From the NCBI GenBank assembly GCA_025361885.1, contig JANYJF010000009.1, forward strand, positions 3,696 to 67,695: a stretch of 64,000 nt of DNA. The letters are read 5' to 3'. Below the pieces are notes generated by a model that saw only the letters and a program-made list of their open reading frames with translations, had not been told where the DNA came from and made no database searches. This document shows positions 55,068 to 63,135 of this stretch, piece by piece (within the stretch, counting starts at the first letter, position 1; each line of letters begins with the position of its first letter). Position numbers and translations under genes: made by a program. The stretch is from Coriobacteriia bacterium. GTDB lineage: Bacteria > Actinomycetota > Coriobacteriia > Anaerosomatales > PALSA-660.

Positions 55068-58000
55068 CTACGGGTTCTTGTACGAGTGCGGCGCCGTGTG
55101 GCATGCGTTGTCGCACGAGCCACCGTCGTCGGAGAGCGAGTGTTTGAAGCCCACGTCCGATCGGATGAGGTGCAGCTCGGTCGCGGAGCCGTGCGTCACG
55201 TGGCACGAGCCGCAACCCAAGCCCAGGTCCTTGGTGTGCAGCATGTGCAGCTTCCCGTTGATCGTGAACGCTGCGGACGTGCCCTTGGAGGAGTCGTTGA
55301 ATCGGCTGGCCCTCCCGCCGCTGTCGGTCGTGCCGTCCAGATAGGTCCCGACCAGGTGGCAGCGATAGCACAGGAGGTCCGGGGCTTCCGGAGATACGCC
55401 CCACAGTGGCCGCCTCAGGATCGGCGCGGCGGATGAGGTGTGCGGTCCAGCGGGCTTGGTCGCGTCGGCGTTCGAGTGGCAGTCGGTACAACGCAGCACC
55501 GAGGCGTTCGACCACCCGGCCTCGAAGCTGCCCGCCGTGGCGGTGGCCGATGTCGATGGCGCCTTCACCGCGTGGACCGAGGCGTTGTAGGTGTTGAAAT
55601 CGGTGGCGACATCACCACGCCCGGCGAGCGGGACGTAGCTGGAATGGCACCGCGCACACACCTCGTACTCGTTGGCGGCCCGCGCGGGTGCCGCGATCGA
55701 GAAAGAGCCGACGCCGGTATCGGTCAGCGCGACGCCCCGGGCGCCCAGCATCCGGCCGCCGACGGCTGGAGCTGCGCCGACAGTGGACGTCGCCTCGTGC
55801 ACGTTGTGGCAGTCGTCGCAGGTGACATGGCGAACGACGCTGGCGGTCTCGGTCGAGACGTGGGCTGTTCCAGCGACCTCGTCGATGGGGTGACGCGACG
55901 GCCCCACGGCGCCCAGGTCCGCCAAGGCGAGCGAAGGCGCTTCGGGCCCGGCCATCTCGCTGCCGCCCCCCGGGTAGGTGATAGTGGCCGCCGGGTCGAG
56001 GGCGAGTCCGAGCAGATTCGCGCGCAAGACCTGCACGGACGGCCCCTGGCGGGTGACGTCCTTGGCCCAGATGCCGGCGTTGCCCACGACGAGCTCGTCC
56101 CTGCCGTCACCGTCGACGTCGCCCGCGGCCAGGCTCCCCGACGCGTAGCGCGCCCCCGTGACGTACGTGAGCGCGTTCCCGGCGTCCGGACCACCGAGCG
56201 CGGCCTGCGGATAGACCTCGACGGCGCTGGCGCCGGTGCCGCCCATCAACGCGACGGCGATCTCCCGGCCGCTCGAACCCGTGTTCACACCGGGCAGGAC
56301 GTTGGCCACGACCGAAGCGTACGGCACGGCGCCGGGCTGGCCCGTCGCCGGGATGCTGCCCAGCAGCGCGCCGCCGCCATCGAACACCGAGACGCCCGGC
56401 GTGGCAGCGCCAGGTTCGCACACGACGACCTCGTCCTTGCTGCCAGCACCGCGGTCCCATGCGTCCCCGATGCTCGGTCCCCGCACGCCCGCGAGAGTCG
56501 TGCTGACGGTAGAGACCATCGTCCCGCCGGATTCTGTGAAGATGCGCAGCGTATCGTCGCCGGAGCATGTGATGGCCAGGTCCGCCTTGGCGGTCCCGGT
56601 CACGTCGCCTGAAGCGATCCCCGTGACGCCGGGCCCGACGGGCAGCGGGCCGTCGACCGTGGTGAGTACCGACCCCAGATACCGGTAGATCCAAAGCTCG
56701 TGCGCCGTGTCGTCGACCACGCATATCTCAGGGAGCCCGAGGTCGACGCCCGCCACAGTCACGTCGGCGACCGTCACGAAGTCCGCGTTCACGCCGATGG
56801 GCAGCACGCCGGGACCGGCCTGCTGAGTGATGCCGCGGAGATCGTCGCGCTGGTAGACGGTCACGTGCTTGACGCCGGGCTCGCCCATGACGAGTTCCGA
56901 TCGGCCGTCACCATCGATGTCACCGGCGGAGATGCGACCGACGGAGCCCGGTGCCGTGTACTCCCGCGGCCCGACGAGCGGCCTAGGCGAGGGACCCGCG
57001 GTCGCGCGGCTGTAGACAGCCAACCGGCCCGAGCGGGCGGTCGGCGCCGCCGGCGCGTAGGCGGCCGAGAGCTCCAGCTTCGTCGCCTCGGTCGGCGGGT
57101 ATGCCAGGGACGCCAGGTCGGTCTTCGCGGCGCCTCCGGCCTTGTGGCACGTGTCGCACAGTACGCGGCCGCGGTTCTCGGCCAGCTTCGGGATGGTCCC
57201 GCCGGCACCGTCCGGGCGCCCCATCGGGTCGTGGCAGACCTGGCACTCACCCGTGCGGCGCACCGTGGGCGACTTCGGCCATTCCGCGACGACCGGCACC
57301 GTCGCCGTCGCCAGTCCGTGCGAGGAGCGTGCGTAGGCCGTCGCGCCGGACCATGTGGCGCTGGCCGCGGGATGGCAGGCGACGCACTCGCGACGGTCGT
57401 TGGCCGCGACCACCGAGGTGGCCGGCGCGGCAGGCGCGGCCACCGAGCTCGCCAGCAGCGGAGCGATGTCCGACCCGTGCGCGGCGTGGCACTGAAGGCA
57501 CGAGATCGCGGTCCCGTCCGCTGGCGCGGGCATGGCGGTGTAGTGACCCGTGCGCTTGTAGACGTCGAGACCCGCGAACCGTGACGACGGCCGAGCTACG
57601 TGGCATGTCGCGCAGTACTCGTCGCCGGAGAAGACGAGTGTCGAGGTCGTGGCCCATGCGCGCAGCAGCCGCGGGTAGGGCAGTCCGCCGACCGCGCGGT
57701 CCTGCCCGTGGCTGTCGTGGCACGACCCGCACAACTTCGGCGACGGCCCGTACAGCGAGGTCGAAGGCGCGAGGGAGTGGGTCGACTCCATCGCGAACGA
57801 GCTCTCGACGTCCGTGCTGGCTCCGAGCGAGGCGATCCCATGGCAGGCGTAGCACAGGTCGACGTCCCCTCGTCCGGCATCGGCGGAGAGCACGAGTGCG
57901 TTGGCGGTCGGCACCACGGAGAGCTGCGATCGGTACGGCAGCTGGGTGTTCGCGGTGTGTGCGCGGTGGCAGATGGCGCACGCGTCTGTGCCGTTCCCGT

Positions 58001-58214
58001 CCGCGACGTGCGGAGCGGTGGCTGCAATGGCGATCGCGGGCGCGACGAGGACCGCTGCCACCGCGAAGCAGGACACAGCGAAACGCGACGCCCATCGGGC
58101 GAAGCGTTCGGAAACGAGCGGAGAATGCGGACGTCGCCTGGACGTCGCCAGATGGAGCATGCCGCGGACCTTGCCGATCGCCGGTGACCGACCCTTACCC
58201 TGCCCGTGCATCAT
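55068..58214 (-). CDS. Giant extracytoplasmic multiheme cytochrome c (13 CxxCH + 1 Cx3CH) with a central FG-GAP/VCBS-type beta-propeller region
   Basis: 1048 aa. N-terminal hydrophobic signal/anchor (FAVSCFAVAAVLVAPAIAIAA). Eight CxxCH in residues about 79-350, many as CxxCHxxH(G). About 430 aa with DxDxDG repeats (GDIDGDGRSELVMG, GDVDGDGRDELVVGN, SGDVTGTAKADLAI). Then CDDCH, CARCH, CTDCH, CYRCH, CGSCH and CDNACH. Confidence 0.88.
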   Translation of the reverse strand: MMHGQGKGRSPAIGKVRGMLHLATSRRRPHSPLVSERFARWASRFAVSCFAVAAVLVAPAIAIAATAPHVADGNGTDACAICHRAHTANTQLPYRSQLSVVPTANALVLSADAGRGDVDLCYACHGIASLGASTDVESSFAMESTHSLAPSTSLYGPSPKLCGSCHDSHGQDRAVGGLPYPRLLRAWATTSTLVFSGDEYCATCHVARPSSRFAGLDVYKRTGHYTAMPAPADGTAISCLQCHAAHGSDIAPLLASSVAAPAAPATSVVAANDRRECVACHPAASATWSGATAYARSSHGLATATVPVVAEWPKSPTVRRTGECQVCHDPMGRPDGAGGTIPKLAENRGRVLCDTCHKAGGAAKTDLASLAYPPTEATKLELSAAYAPAAPTARSGRLAVYSRATAGPSPRPLVGPREYTAPGSVGRISAGDIDGDGRSELVMGEPGVKHVTVYQRDDLRGITQQAGPGVLPIGVNADFVTVADVTVAGVDLGLPEICVVDDTAHELWIYRYLGSVLTTVDGPLPVGPGVTGIASGDVTGTAKADLAITCSGDDTLRIFTESGGTMVSTVSTTLAGVRGPSIGDAWDRGAGSKDEVVVCEPGAATPGVSVFDGGGALLGSIPATGQPGAVPYASVVANVLPGVNTGSSGREIAVALMGGTGASAVEVYPQAALGGPDAGNALTYVTGARYASGSLAAGDVDGDGRDELVVGNAGIWAKDVTRQGPSVQVLRANLLGLALDPAATITYPGGGSEMAGPEAPSLALADLGAVGPSRHPIDEVAGTAHVSTETASVVRHVTCDDCHNVHEATSTVGAAPAVGGRMLGARGVALTDTGVGSFSIAAPARAANEYEVCARCHSSYVPLAGRGDVATDFNTYNASVHAVKAPSTSATATAGSFEAGWSNASVLRCTDCHSNADATKPAGPHTSSAAPILRRPLWGVSPEAPDLLCYRCHLVGTYLDGTTDSGGRASRFNDSSKGTSAAFTINGKLHMLHTKDLGLGCGSCHVTHGSATELHLIRSDVGFKHSLSDDGGSCDNACHTAPHSYKNP

Positions 58215-58220
58215 ACCTTG

Positions 58221-59447
58221 TCAGGGCCCCTTTCGGCACTCGGGACCCGTGTTCCCGCGCCGGGCGGTAACGTTTGATCCGCTCTGGCGAAGGCGCCGCC
58301 GGCGCACCGCCGTCACTGCGGCGGCCGCGAGACCCGCCACGAGCAACAGGGCACCCGTGACGAGCGCCGAGGGCAGCGACCACCGTGTGGTCGCGAGCGG
58401 GACCGCCGGCCCCGCCCCACCGGTGGTCGGCGGTCCCATCGACCACATCTGGACGCGTCGGTTACCCGTGTCGGTCGCGTACACCGTCCCGTCGGACCCC
58501 GCAGCCACACCCGTCGGGTATGCGAACTCGCCTGTGCCGGACCCCGCGTGTCCCGCCTCCCCGAGCGACGTGCCGTCGGACGCCCACAGGGTCAGCTTGC
58601 GTCCTATGGTGTCCGCGACCACGAGGTCGCTGCGATTGCCCGCGCCTCTCCCGCTCGCCACCACCGCGACGCCCCGCGGCAGCCCGCCTGTCCGGATCTG
58701 GAGCGCGACGGAGCCATTGGAAGCGAAGACGATCAGGCGGGCGTTGTTGCTGTCGGCCACGACCACGTCGCGTCCGAGCACCGCTATGCCGTTCGGATAG
58801 GAGAGACCGTGGTCGGGCGGACCAGTGAGAACACGGCGGAATGCCCCGTCGGGGGCGAAGACGAGCACCCTGTGCTCCCCGGCCACGTCGGTGACATAGA
58901 GGGTCCCGTCCGGCGCGAAGGCTGCCGCCAGGGGTCTCCACGGACCCGCGGTGCCCGTGGCTGCGACGCCTTGGGGGAGCTTCGGGTCGAACGCTCCCTT
59001 GGCGTGCCCGTCGGCACCGAACGCGAGGAGGGTCCCCACCTGCCGGTCGCTCACGAGCACGCGTCCGTCGCGCGGATCGACCGCGACGTAGGCCGGGACC
59101 TCCATGCCGCCGCCGGACAGCGTGGCGACCCGCGTGCCGGCGCGGTCGAAGACCGCCACCGTATGCGCGCCGGCGTCGGCGACATAGACGCGTTCCCCCG
59201 CGATCGCGATGCCCAGCGGCGCGATCAGCCGCGGGGAGCCCGTGTCACCGAACGACCCCAGATAGCGCGGCCGCAACCCGGCGCCCACGGACGCTCCGGG
59301 TTGCGGGAGCGGCGCGCCTCCACGTCCCCACAGCAGCCAGGAGGCGGTCGCTGCGGCGGCGAGCAGCACCAGTGCCACCGCGACCAGAGCCGCCCGCCTC
59401 GCACGGACCCGGCGTACGGGGCGGCGCGCTGTCCTCGCCTCGGTCAT
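58221..59447 (-). CDS. NHL-repeat beta-propeller protein with N-terminal signal/anchor and C-terminal TM anchor
   Basis: 408 aa. Repeated units such as LIAPLGIAIAGERVYVADAGAHTVAVF, LSYPNGIAVLGRDVVVADSNNARLIVF and FAYPTGVAAGSDGTVYATDTGNRRVQMW. C-terminus is ALVTGALLLVAGLAAAAVTAV-RRRR. Confidence 0.88.
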   Translation of the reverse strand: MTEARTARRPVRRVRARRAALVAVALVLLAAAATASWLLWGRGGAPLPQPGASVGAGLRPRYLGSFGDTGSPRLIAPLGIAIAGERVYVADAGAHTVAVFDRAGTRVATLSGGGMEVPAYVAVDPRDGRVLVSDRQVGTLLAFGADGHAKGAFDPKLPQGVAATGTAGPWRPLAAAFAPDGTLYVTDVAGEHRVLVFAPDGAFRRVLTGPPDHGLSYPNGIAVLGRDVVVADSNNARLIVFASNGSVALQIRTGGLPRGVAVVASGRGAGNRSDLVVADTIGRKLTLWASDGTSLGEAGHAGSGTGEFAYPTGVAAGSDGTVYATDTGNRRVQMWSMGPPTTGGAGPAVPLATTRWSLPSALVTGALLLVAGLAAAAVTAVRRRRLRQSGSNVTARRGNTGPECRKGP

Positions 59448-59454
59448 CGGGACG

Positions 59455-60309
59455 CTACCGGGCGATCCTGGCGGACAGCGACGAGAGCTCGCCGCGGAGC
59501 GCCGCGGGGTCGCCCGAGGACGCCTGCCCCTCGATCACGACCAGCACGGCGCCGTCGTTGAACGCCAGCACCGCGAACCGGCGCCCGTCGGTGCCGAAGT
59601 AACCCTTGGCGCTCTTGACGGCAACGGTCGCCGGGCTGGCCGGATAGTCCCGCTTCACGCCGCGCGCCATCGCCGCGGTGGCTGACTCGGCGTTCTTGTA
59701 CTGCTCGACGGATAGCACGAGGCCCGCGACGGTCCCCGAAGACTTGGGCGTGTACTCCCGCACGATCGAGTAGACGTCGGCGACCGCGGGCGAGGCCGTG
59801 TACCCCTCCAGAGCATCCGGCACGAACCCCATGAGGCTGGCGATCGGGCCGACGGGGACCTGCCCCTCACCGCCGCCGGCCTGGCCACCGTTGCCTCCCG
59901 AGACGGTCGCGCCCGGCACGAAGCTGCTGTCGACGGCCGGCTTCTTGCCCGAGTTGATGGCGTTGAGCTGTGCGAGAGCTGAGCGGAACGCGGGATCGCT
60001 CTTGAGCACCTGCGTGAGCGTGGCCCGGGCCTCCGCCAGCTTGCCGGCGCCTATCTGGTCCTGCGCCTGGCCGTAGAGCGCCTCGAGCCGCTTGTGCCGG
60101 CTGCATACCACGGTCTTCACGGTGACCTTGTAGCCCGCTGCCTTGTCCGCCGGGACGCTGACCGTCTTGACGGTGCTCGATACGGTCTCGCCGTAGGTGC
60201 ACACGACCTTCTCGCCCGTCCGCACGTCGACCATCTTGGGGCCGCAGCCGATCAGGACGGTGGCGGACAGCACCACGGCGGCAAGGAACACGAGCGGTGT
60301 TCGTCTCAT
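59455..60309 (-). CDS. Lipoprotein with one TPR-like segment, unknown function
   Basis: Internal ATG 60307-60309 overlaps the upstream stop by 1 nt (TGATG). MRRTPLVFLAAVVLSATVLIGCG has lipobox LIGC. 284 aa, with a Gly-rich linker. Confidence 0.8.
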   Translation of the reverse strand: MRRTPLVFLAAVVLSATVLIGCGPKMVDVRTGEKVVCTYGETVSSTVKTVSVPADKAAGYKVTVKTVVCSRHKRLEALYGQAQDQIGAGKLAEARATLTQVLKSDPAFRSALAQLNAINSGKKPAVDSSFVPGATVSGGNGGQAGGGEGQVPVGPIASLMGFVPDALEGYTASPAVADVYSIVREYTPKSSGTVAGLVLSVEQYKNAESATAAMARGVKRDYPASPATVAVKSAKGYFGTDGRRFAVLAFNDGAVLVVIEGQASSGDPAALRGELSSLSARIAR

Positions 60310-61808
60310 CAGCGCATCTCTCCACTCTTCGGCGCGGGAGGCTGGCCGGTCCGGCCGCGCACCCCGACGATCGCGTGATAGGTCGACACTAGCGCAAGTC
60401 CCGCGCCGGACAGGACGACCGAGGCATCGAGCGGCCAGGCGGCTACGGGAGCGAACATCAGCGCGGCGTAAGGCGTTCCGTAGTCCTGCTGCACCTCCGG
60501 TGCCAGCCACGTGTTCCACGTGTGCAGCGGCACGCCCCGGGCCGCCAGATACGCGGGCACGCATGCAAGTGCAAAGAGCGCGATAGCGAGACCCACGGGC
60601 CGCGAGCGGGCGCTCGCACTCAGCACCGCCGCGAGCAGCAACGCCGCCACGGCGAGCGCCCACCATCCCGCCGCGGTCTCCGCGCCGGCCAGCGTCCACG
60701 CGATGTCGAGCGTGCGTCCGTCACCCGGGTTCCATGAGAGGGTGGCCCGCAGGGCGGGCAGTGCCATCCCAACGATGGCGATGAGCGCCGGGGCCAGCGA
60801 CGCGACGGCGGCGCGGAGAGGGAGCGGCCGGTCGGCCCTCGTCGCGGCCGCAGCGGCCATCACGGTCAGGGCACCCGCGAGCGTCAGCAGTGTGCCGGCA
60901 GCCACCGGGGCCCACAGCAGCGGGTCCGGCCCGGAGGCGCCCAGCAGCGGCTCCAGTCGTGCGAGCAACGACAGCGCGGCGGCCGGCAGGAACAGCGCGG
61001 CAGCCAGACTGGGGAGTCCCGCGGCGCCGCGGCCCAGCGGGGAGGTGTCCCGCGCGAGCTCCAGGGCCGCGACCCACGCGACCGCGCCCGTCAGTGCGAA
61101 GACGGCCATCGGCGCACCGGCAGACGCCAGTGCGGAAACGGCGGCGATCGGCCCTCCTTGCGTGAGGCTGGCGGTCATCGCGAGGAAGAGCGCCGCGAGA
61201 GCGCCGGGCAGCAACGTTCCGCCGCCACGCACCCTGGACGATGCGCGGACGAGCAGCCACACCCCGGCTGCGAACGCCAAGCCGGCCGCCACCATCCACA
61301 CGTCTCCCAGCGGATAGCGGACGAACGGAGAGAAAGAGCTGGGACGCTCCCAGTCCGCCAAGATGACCGCCGAGCCCACGACGGCCGCCAGTGCGCCGCA
61401 GGCGGTCACGACCGCTGCCCGTCGCTGGCCGCGCCGGAACAGGACCGTCGCCCAAGCCAGCGCGATGATCGCGCCCCAGCACGCCGTCGTCGTGAACACC
61501 ACCTGGGAACCCGGGGGTGCATCGGTATGGTGATTCGCCAGCACCATCCATGGTGCGACGAAGAACATGAGCACTCCGCCGGTCACCGCGCCACCGAGGT
61601 CGCGACGCCGGTCGGGTGCGAACCAGCTCCGCAGCCGAGGAGCCCCCGGCAATGCGAACAGCACGACTGCCGCAGCCAATGCCACGAGCGACGCCGTCGT
61701 CGGGACGCGAGGAGAGTAGTACGCGAGCAGTGTCGTATACGCCGACAGAGCGGCGACGAACACGACGCCGATCGCGATCCTCCTCCACGCATCCGATCGC
61801 ACTTCCAT
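60309..61808 (-). CDS. Polytopic integral membrane protein (about 14 TM), unknown function
   Basis: Internal ATG 61806-61808 with GGGAGG RBS gives 499 aa of almost continuous Ala/Leu/Gly/Val-rich hydrophobic segments. No family signature recognised. The 5' extension in the track ORF is Arg-rich and rejected. Confidence 0.8.
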   Translation of the reverse strand: MEVRSDAWRRIAIGVVFVAALSAYTTLLAYYSPRVPTTASLVALAAAVVLFALPGAPRLRSWFAPDRRRDLGGAVTGGVLMFFVAPWMVLANHHTDAPPGSQVVFTTTACWGAIIALAWATVLFRRGQRRAAVVTACGALAAVVGSAVILADWERPSSFSPFVRYPLGDVWMVAAGLAFAAGVWLLVRASSRVRGGGTLLPGALAALFLAMTASLTQGGPIAAVSALASAGAPMAVFALTGAVAWVAALELARDTSPLGRGAAGLPSLAAALFLPAAALSLLARLEPLLGASGPDPLLWAPVAAGTLLTLAGALTVMAAAAATRADRPLPLRAAVASLAPALIAIVGMALPALRATLSWNPGDGRTLDIAWTLAGAETAAGWWALAVAALLLAAVLSASARSRPVGLAIALFALACVPAYLAARGVPLHTWNTWLAPEVQQDYGTPYAALMFAPVAAWPLDASVVLSGAGLALVSTYHAIVGVRGRTGQPPAPKSGEMR

Positions 61809-61860
61809 GTCCTCCCGCGCGTCGATATGGCCCAGCCAGCAGTGTGCCACACGAGATACG

Positions 61861-61888
61861 GGGAAGGGCCGGTTGCCCGGCCCTTCCC
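61861..61888 (-). terminator. Perfect 12-bp hairpin directly after the hexaheme cytochrome gene (terminator/attenuator)
   Basis: gggaagggccgg / ccggcccttccc with a 4-nt loop. Located in the only sizeable intergenic gap (134 nt) of the locus, about 55 nt after the cytochrome stop. Confidence 0.55.
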
Positions 61889-61942
61889 TCCGTGCTCGTG
61901 GTCCGTCGAGCGGCTCTAGGCCGAAGCCGGACCGCCGTGCGC

Positions 61943-63133
61943 TTACTTGTTGTGGCACACCTCGCACACGCCGCGGTTGTTCAGCCGGAGCAGGGCGCTG
62001 TGGTCGGTCGGTGCGACACCACCGCCGCCGGTGTCCTTCTGCGGGTTGGTGGAGTCCACGACGTTCGCGAAGCCCGTCATGACCGCGGAGGAGCCGTGAG
62101 CGGCGTGACACGTCAGGCACTCGATCCAGTCGGACGACTGGTTCGTGATGCCGCCCGCTTCGGACGCGTCGTGATCGAGCGGCAACGTGTTCGTGCCGCC
62201 GATGACCAGCGCTCGCGAAACGGGCTTGAAGTTGGACAGCGCCACGTTGATCGGGTGACGGTGCCGTGTGGTCAGGCCGTAACGGTCATTCGCGTTATAC
62301 ACGGTCCCGCCGACGGAGTCCTGGGTCAGATATGCCGTGTGGCAACCCGAGCACCAGGCGCTCATGCCCTTGGTAGGGTCGTTGCCTGGGCCCTTGGCGT
62401 ACTGCGCCGTCGTGAAGTTCGGCTTGTAGGTGGTGTACGGCTGGTGCAGCCGGAAGCCGCCTATCGGGTAGCCGACCTCCGCCGAGATCACGAACGGGTT
62501 CGGGTTCGGATCCGGCGTGTTCTCATCGCCGCTGTAGCCGCCGACCGTCACGCCGTTGACGTTGTCTTTCAGGATCCGGTAGTTCGACGAGCCGTGCGGA
62601 TCGTGGCAGGTGTCGCACCCCATCTTGATGAGGTTGCCGGTACCCACCTGGCCGACCGCGTTGCCGGTCGCCAGCACCGATCCGATGGGAACGCCGTAGT
62701 TGCCGCCGCCGTAAGCCGCCCAGCTGGCGCCCGTCTCGATGTGCTTGGACGTGACGGCGACACCGCCGACGCTGTCGAAGCCGCCGCCGTTGAGCGTGGC
62801 GTTCGGAGTGCCGTACAACGTACCGCGATACACGCCGCTCTGGACGTCGGTGTCGGCACCCTGGCCGGCCGAGTCATGGCAGACGTAGCACAACTGGTAC
62901 GTCTCCGACGCGGTGGAGATGAGCAGAGCGTTCTTCTGCTGCGGCACCGTGTCCGAGTTGGTCCATGTGATGCTGCTGACCGCTGTGTGAGCGCGGTGAC
63001 AACCGGCGCACGCCTCGGTATCCATGACGTAGTTGCCATGGATCGCGAAGTTCGCCATCGCGACGCCCGGGGTCACAGTGACCATGAGCGCGACGGCGGT
63101 GGCGATCAGGAGCAGGATCGTGGTCTTCTTCAC
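61943..63133 (-). CDS. Secreted hexaheme c-type cytochrome, OmcS-like
   Basis: 396 aa. Sec signal MKKTTILLLIATAVALMVTVTPGVAMA. Six CxxCH: CAGCHRAH, CYVCH, CDTCHDPHG, CSGCH, CLTCHAAHG and CEVCHNK, the last 2 residues from the C-terminus. GTG start 2 nt after the Fe-S gene stop, with GGGGAGG upstream. Confidence 0.9.
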   Translation of the reverse strand: MKKTTILLLIATAVALMVTVTPGVAMANFAIHGNYVMDTEACAGCHRAHTAVSSITWTNSDTVPQQKNALLISTASETYQLCYVCHDSAGQGADTDVQSGVYRGTLYGTPNATLNGGGFDSVGGVAVTSKHIETGASWAAYGGGNYGVPIGSVLATGNAVGQVGTGNLIKMGCDTCHDPHGSSNYRILKDNVNGVTVGGYSGDENTPDPNPNPFVISAEVGYPIGGFRLHQPYTTYKPNFTTAQYAKGPGNDPTKGMSAWCSGCHTAYLTQDSVGGTVYNANDRYGLTTRHRHPINVALSNFKPVSRALVIGGTNTLPLDHDASEAGGITNQSSDWIECLTCHAAHGSSAVMTGFANVVDSTNPQKDTGGGGVAPTDHSALLRLNNRGVCEVCHNK

Positions 63134-63135
63134 AG

